From the NCBI GenBank assembly GCA_964551065.1, contig CAZKAU010000001.1:1-28708 (forward strand): DNA of 28,708 bases, read 5' to 3'. A program made the translations under genes and the position numbers. The notes beneath the pieces were generated by a model. That model was not told the DNA's origin. It saw only the letters and a program-made list of their open reading frames with translations, and made no database searches. Numbering within the stretch: the first letter of the stretch is position 1; each line of letters begins with the position of its first letter. This stretch comes from Candidatus Woesearchaeota archaeon (GTDB taxonomy: Archaea; Nanobdellota; Nanobdellia; Pacearchaeales; GW2011-AR1). Below are positions 26,814 through 28,708 of the stretch, piece by piece.

Positions 26814-27817
26814 TTAATAGTTTGAAACAAGCTTTTCATGTTCTCTTCTTGAATGAATAATTATTAAAGATATCACCAACATTATTGAGGAAAGGATAAG
26901 GCCAAGAAGGGCATAGTAAAGTATTTCTCCGATTATAACTGCTTTAGTAACCTGGAAATTTGAACTTGCTGACGCAACTCCTCCAGGATATATCAATTGG
27001 ACACCTATTGTGTAATTTCCTTCTTTTAAGGAACCTAAGCCGAAGCTTCTGTCTATAGTCGTATTTGAATCAACAAGCACCTCTTCTGTTTTATTCATGT
27101 AAATATTATTATTATAATCTTTTATGACATAATTCAGTTTTACATCCATCCTTGCAGAATCTCCTCGCGGAATCATTGTTATTTTAGTGTTTAGTTTTCC
27201 CCATCTGCTTACAGAACTGTCCAAATTAAGAACATCAACTCCTACATCAAAGAGAAGTTTTTTCGTCATAATATTAATTGTTACGGGAACTTCGATGCTT
27301 CCCACAAGAATCTTTCCCGTAAAAATTCCTGTTTTATTATTATCAACAAAGGCGAGGCTTAAGGTTTTAGTTTCTCCAGGATTTAGAGTAATTGAATCAT
27401 TCCTTACCAGAACAAGCTGAGAAATGTTTTCTTGAGTTATGTTAAGTGTTACAGATAGACTTCCTGTATTTGTTATGGAAATTGTTTTTTCAACTTTTTC
27501 TCCCAAAGCGACATCCACATTTAAAGATCCCGGATTTACTGTTATTGTTGGCGTGACTATGGGATAGCTTGTTCCTCCTGAAGAACCTCCGATAGTTGTT
27601 CCAGAGGTTGTTGTTCCTGAAGTTGAAGGAACTGCAAAATAATTTTCAGGAAGACCCCCAAAAGAGAATTGTGAATCTCCAACACTTCCCCCTATAGTAA
27701 GCTGAGAGTCTGCTTCTGAGGGTATAAAAAGTTGAGAATCTGCATTTACAAATAAAATAAGAACTAGACTAAGAAAAATAGTTATTCCAAAGACTGCGAA
27801 AGTTTTTTTTTAATCAT
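26814..27817 (-). pseudogene. Surface protein gene (signal peptide, Gly/Ser/Thr linker, Ig-like domains, C-terminal TM) interrupted by a frameshift in an A9 tract after its ATG
   Basis: The track ORF frame stays open upstream to 27809 and encodes KKTFAVFGITIFLSLVLILFVNA-DSQ..., a signal peptide. The only ATG (27817, ATGA overlap with the upstream stop) is in another frame, separated by A9 at 27803-27811. Confidence 0.75.
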
Positions 27818-28708
27818 TTCCATCTTCCTATTGCCTGAACGCTTATAGTTATTGTTCTGGTTGTGCTTACTGGACTAACAACATAGAAACTTACAGTATT
27901 CCAAGGAGAAGAATAAGAGCTTGAAACACTAAAAAAGGTCATTCCTCCACCACCGTTCTGGGTCATAGCCGAAAGACTTGGCTCACTAACAAAGGACTTT
28001 GGAAGAGTTATTGTTCCAGATCCTCCGTAGAACATATTTCCATAAGCGGTAGTTGTAGCAATTGATGCAGTATAGAGAGTTGTTGTAATCATAGTTCCAT
28101 CTGCATACATTATCCAATTTCCATATGAGTTATTTCCTGAATCAATAATCCCTTGCCCTATTGTAGTATTTCCCTGAACGGTTAAATTTCCAGTAATGTC
28201 TACGCTTTTGCTTGAATTTACCGTTGTTATATCTCCATTTGTAGAATTCAAGCCCCATGTTGAATAATCAGGTGTATTTACAGAGGTAGAACTTGTCCAG
28301 CGGCCGACCGCAGACCACCTTATCTCATAAGAGCTAACTGAGTTTTGAGCCGAATAAAAATTTACTCCCCAGTTAAAGTTGTTTGTATTCCAGAGGACAT
28401 ATTGTCCGGATGTTCCCCCTTGACTCAATCCAGAACTATAAGTCAAAACAGACATAGACCCTGAAGGAGCTGATGTAAAAGTTATTGGAAGGCCTTGTGT
28501 CCCGCTAACAAAATTTCCTGCAGGATTTGAACCTGTTATTTGGCCATAACAACTAGCAATTCCATTTGCATATTCCGTACAAGTTCCATTCCCATTTGTA
28601 ATAGTATTGACAATCCCTCCACTTCCTCCAGAACCTGTTCCAAGGTTAAGGTCTGTCCAGCGACCTATTGCTATATAATCAGCCACCATTGTAGTGCTTG
28701 GCCCGTAA
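27814..28708 (-). CDS. Protein with tandem phage tail-fibre C-terminal-like (gp53-like) domains; 5' end outside the window
   Basis: The frame is open to the window edge. Three A[IV]GRW domain ends occur, with GNWIMYADGTMI...ITLPKSF and GTCTEYANG...LPITF cores. Confidence 0.7.
   Translation of the reverse strand, partial: YGPSTTMVADYIAIGRWTDLNLGTGSGGSGGIVNTITNGNGTCTEYANGIASCYGQITGSNPAGNFVSGTQGLPITFTSAPSGSMSVLTYSSGLSQGGTSGQYVLWNTNNFNWGVNFYSAQNSVSSYEIRWSAVGRWTSSTSVNTPDYSTWGLNSTNGDITTVNSSKSVDITGNLTVQGNTTIGQGIIDSGNNSYGNWIMYADGTMITTTLYTASIATTTAYGNMFYGGSGTITLPKSFVSEPSLSAMTQNGGGGMTFFSVSSSYSSPWNTVSFYVVSPVSTTRTITISVQAIGRWK

Noticed and set aside
20653-28708. Prophage or CRISPR-Cas locus suggested by the Cas4-like nuclease and tail-fibre-like domains
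   Set aside because: There is no array, cas1/cas2, integrase, terminase or capsid gene, and the core gene eif2g sits in the middle. Sequence beyond the right edge cannot be judged.

Overview
AT-rich chromosomal segment of a small-genome archaeon. The gene set (valS, Sec61beta, NAC, L7Ae-S28e-L24e, aIF2-gamma, archaeal PyrH, DUF357), the mostly leaderless TATA architecture, and the bacterial-type MetRS and gyrase suggest a DPANN lineage such as Pacearchaeota or Woesearchaeota; this placement is inference. Housekeeping genes (valS fragment, secG, nac, minD, split metG, tRNA-Thr(GGU), pyrH, lemA, ribosomal proteins, gyrB/gyrA, eif2g) are interleaved with many surface or secreted protein genes. 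No CRISPR array, rRNA, integrase or transposase was seen. The most interesting observations are: (1) a UbiA prenyltransferase fusion tail-to-tail with a single-domain class II terpene-cyclase-like protein; (2) a secreted transglutaminase-like protein whose C-terminal half looks like a bacterial outer-membrane beta-barrel ending in Phe; (3) a zinc-ribbon gene translationally coupled inside the gyrase operon, next to a GyrA with a highly acidic N-terminal extension; (4) an L7Ae-type K-loop in the rpl7ae leader that competes with an alternative hairpin; (5) an 80-nt structured element resembling tRNA-Thr just upstream of the tRNA-Thr gene; (6) an A9 tract that frameshifts a surface-protein gene right after its start codon; and (7) candidate adhesins with ADAMTS-type TSP1 and phage tail-fibre-like domains. 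All family assignments come from motif recognition by eye, with no database search.
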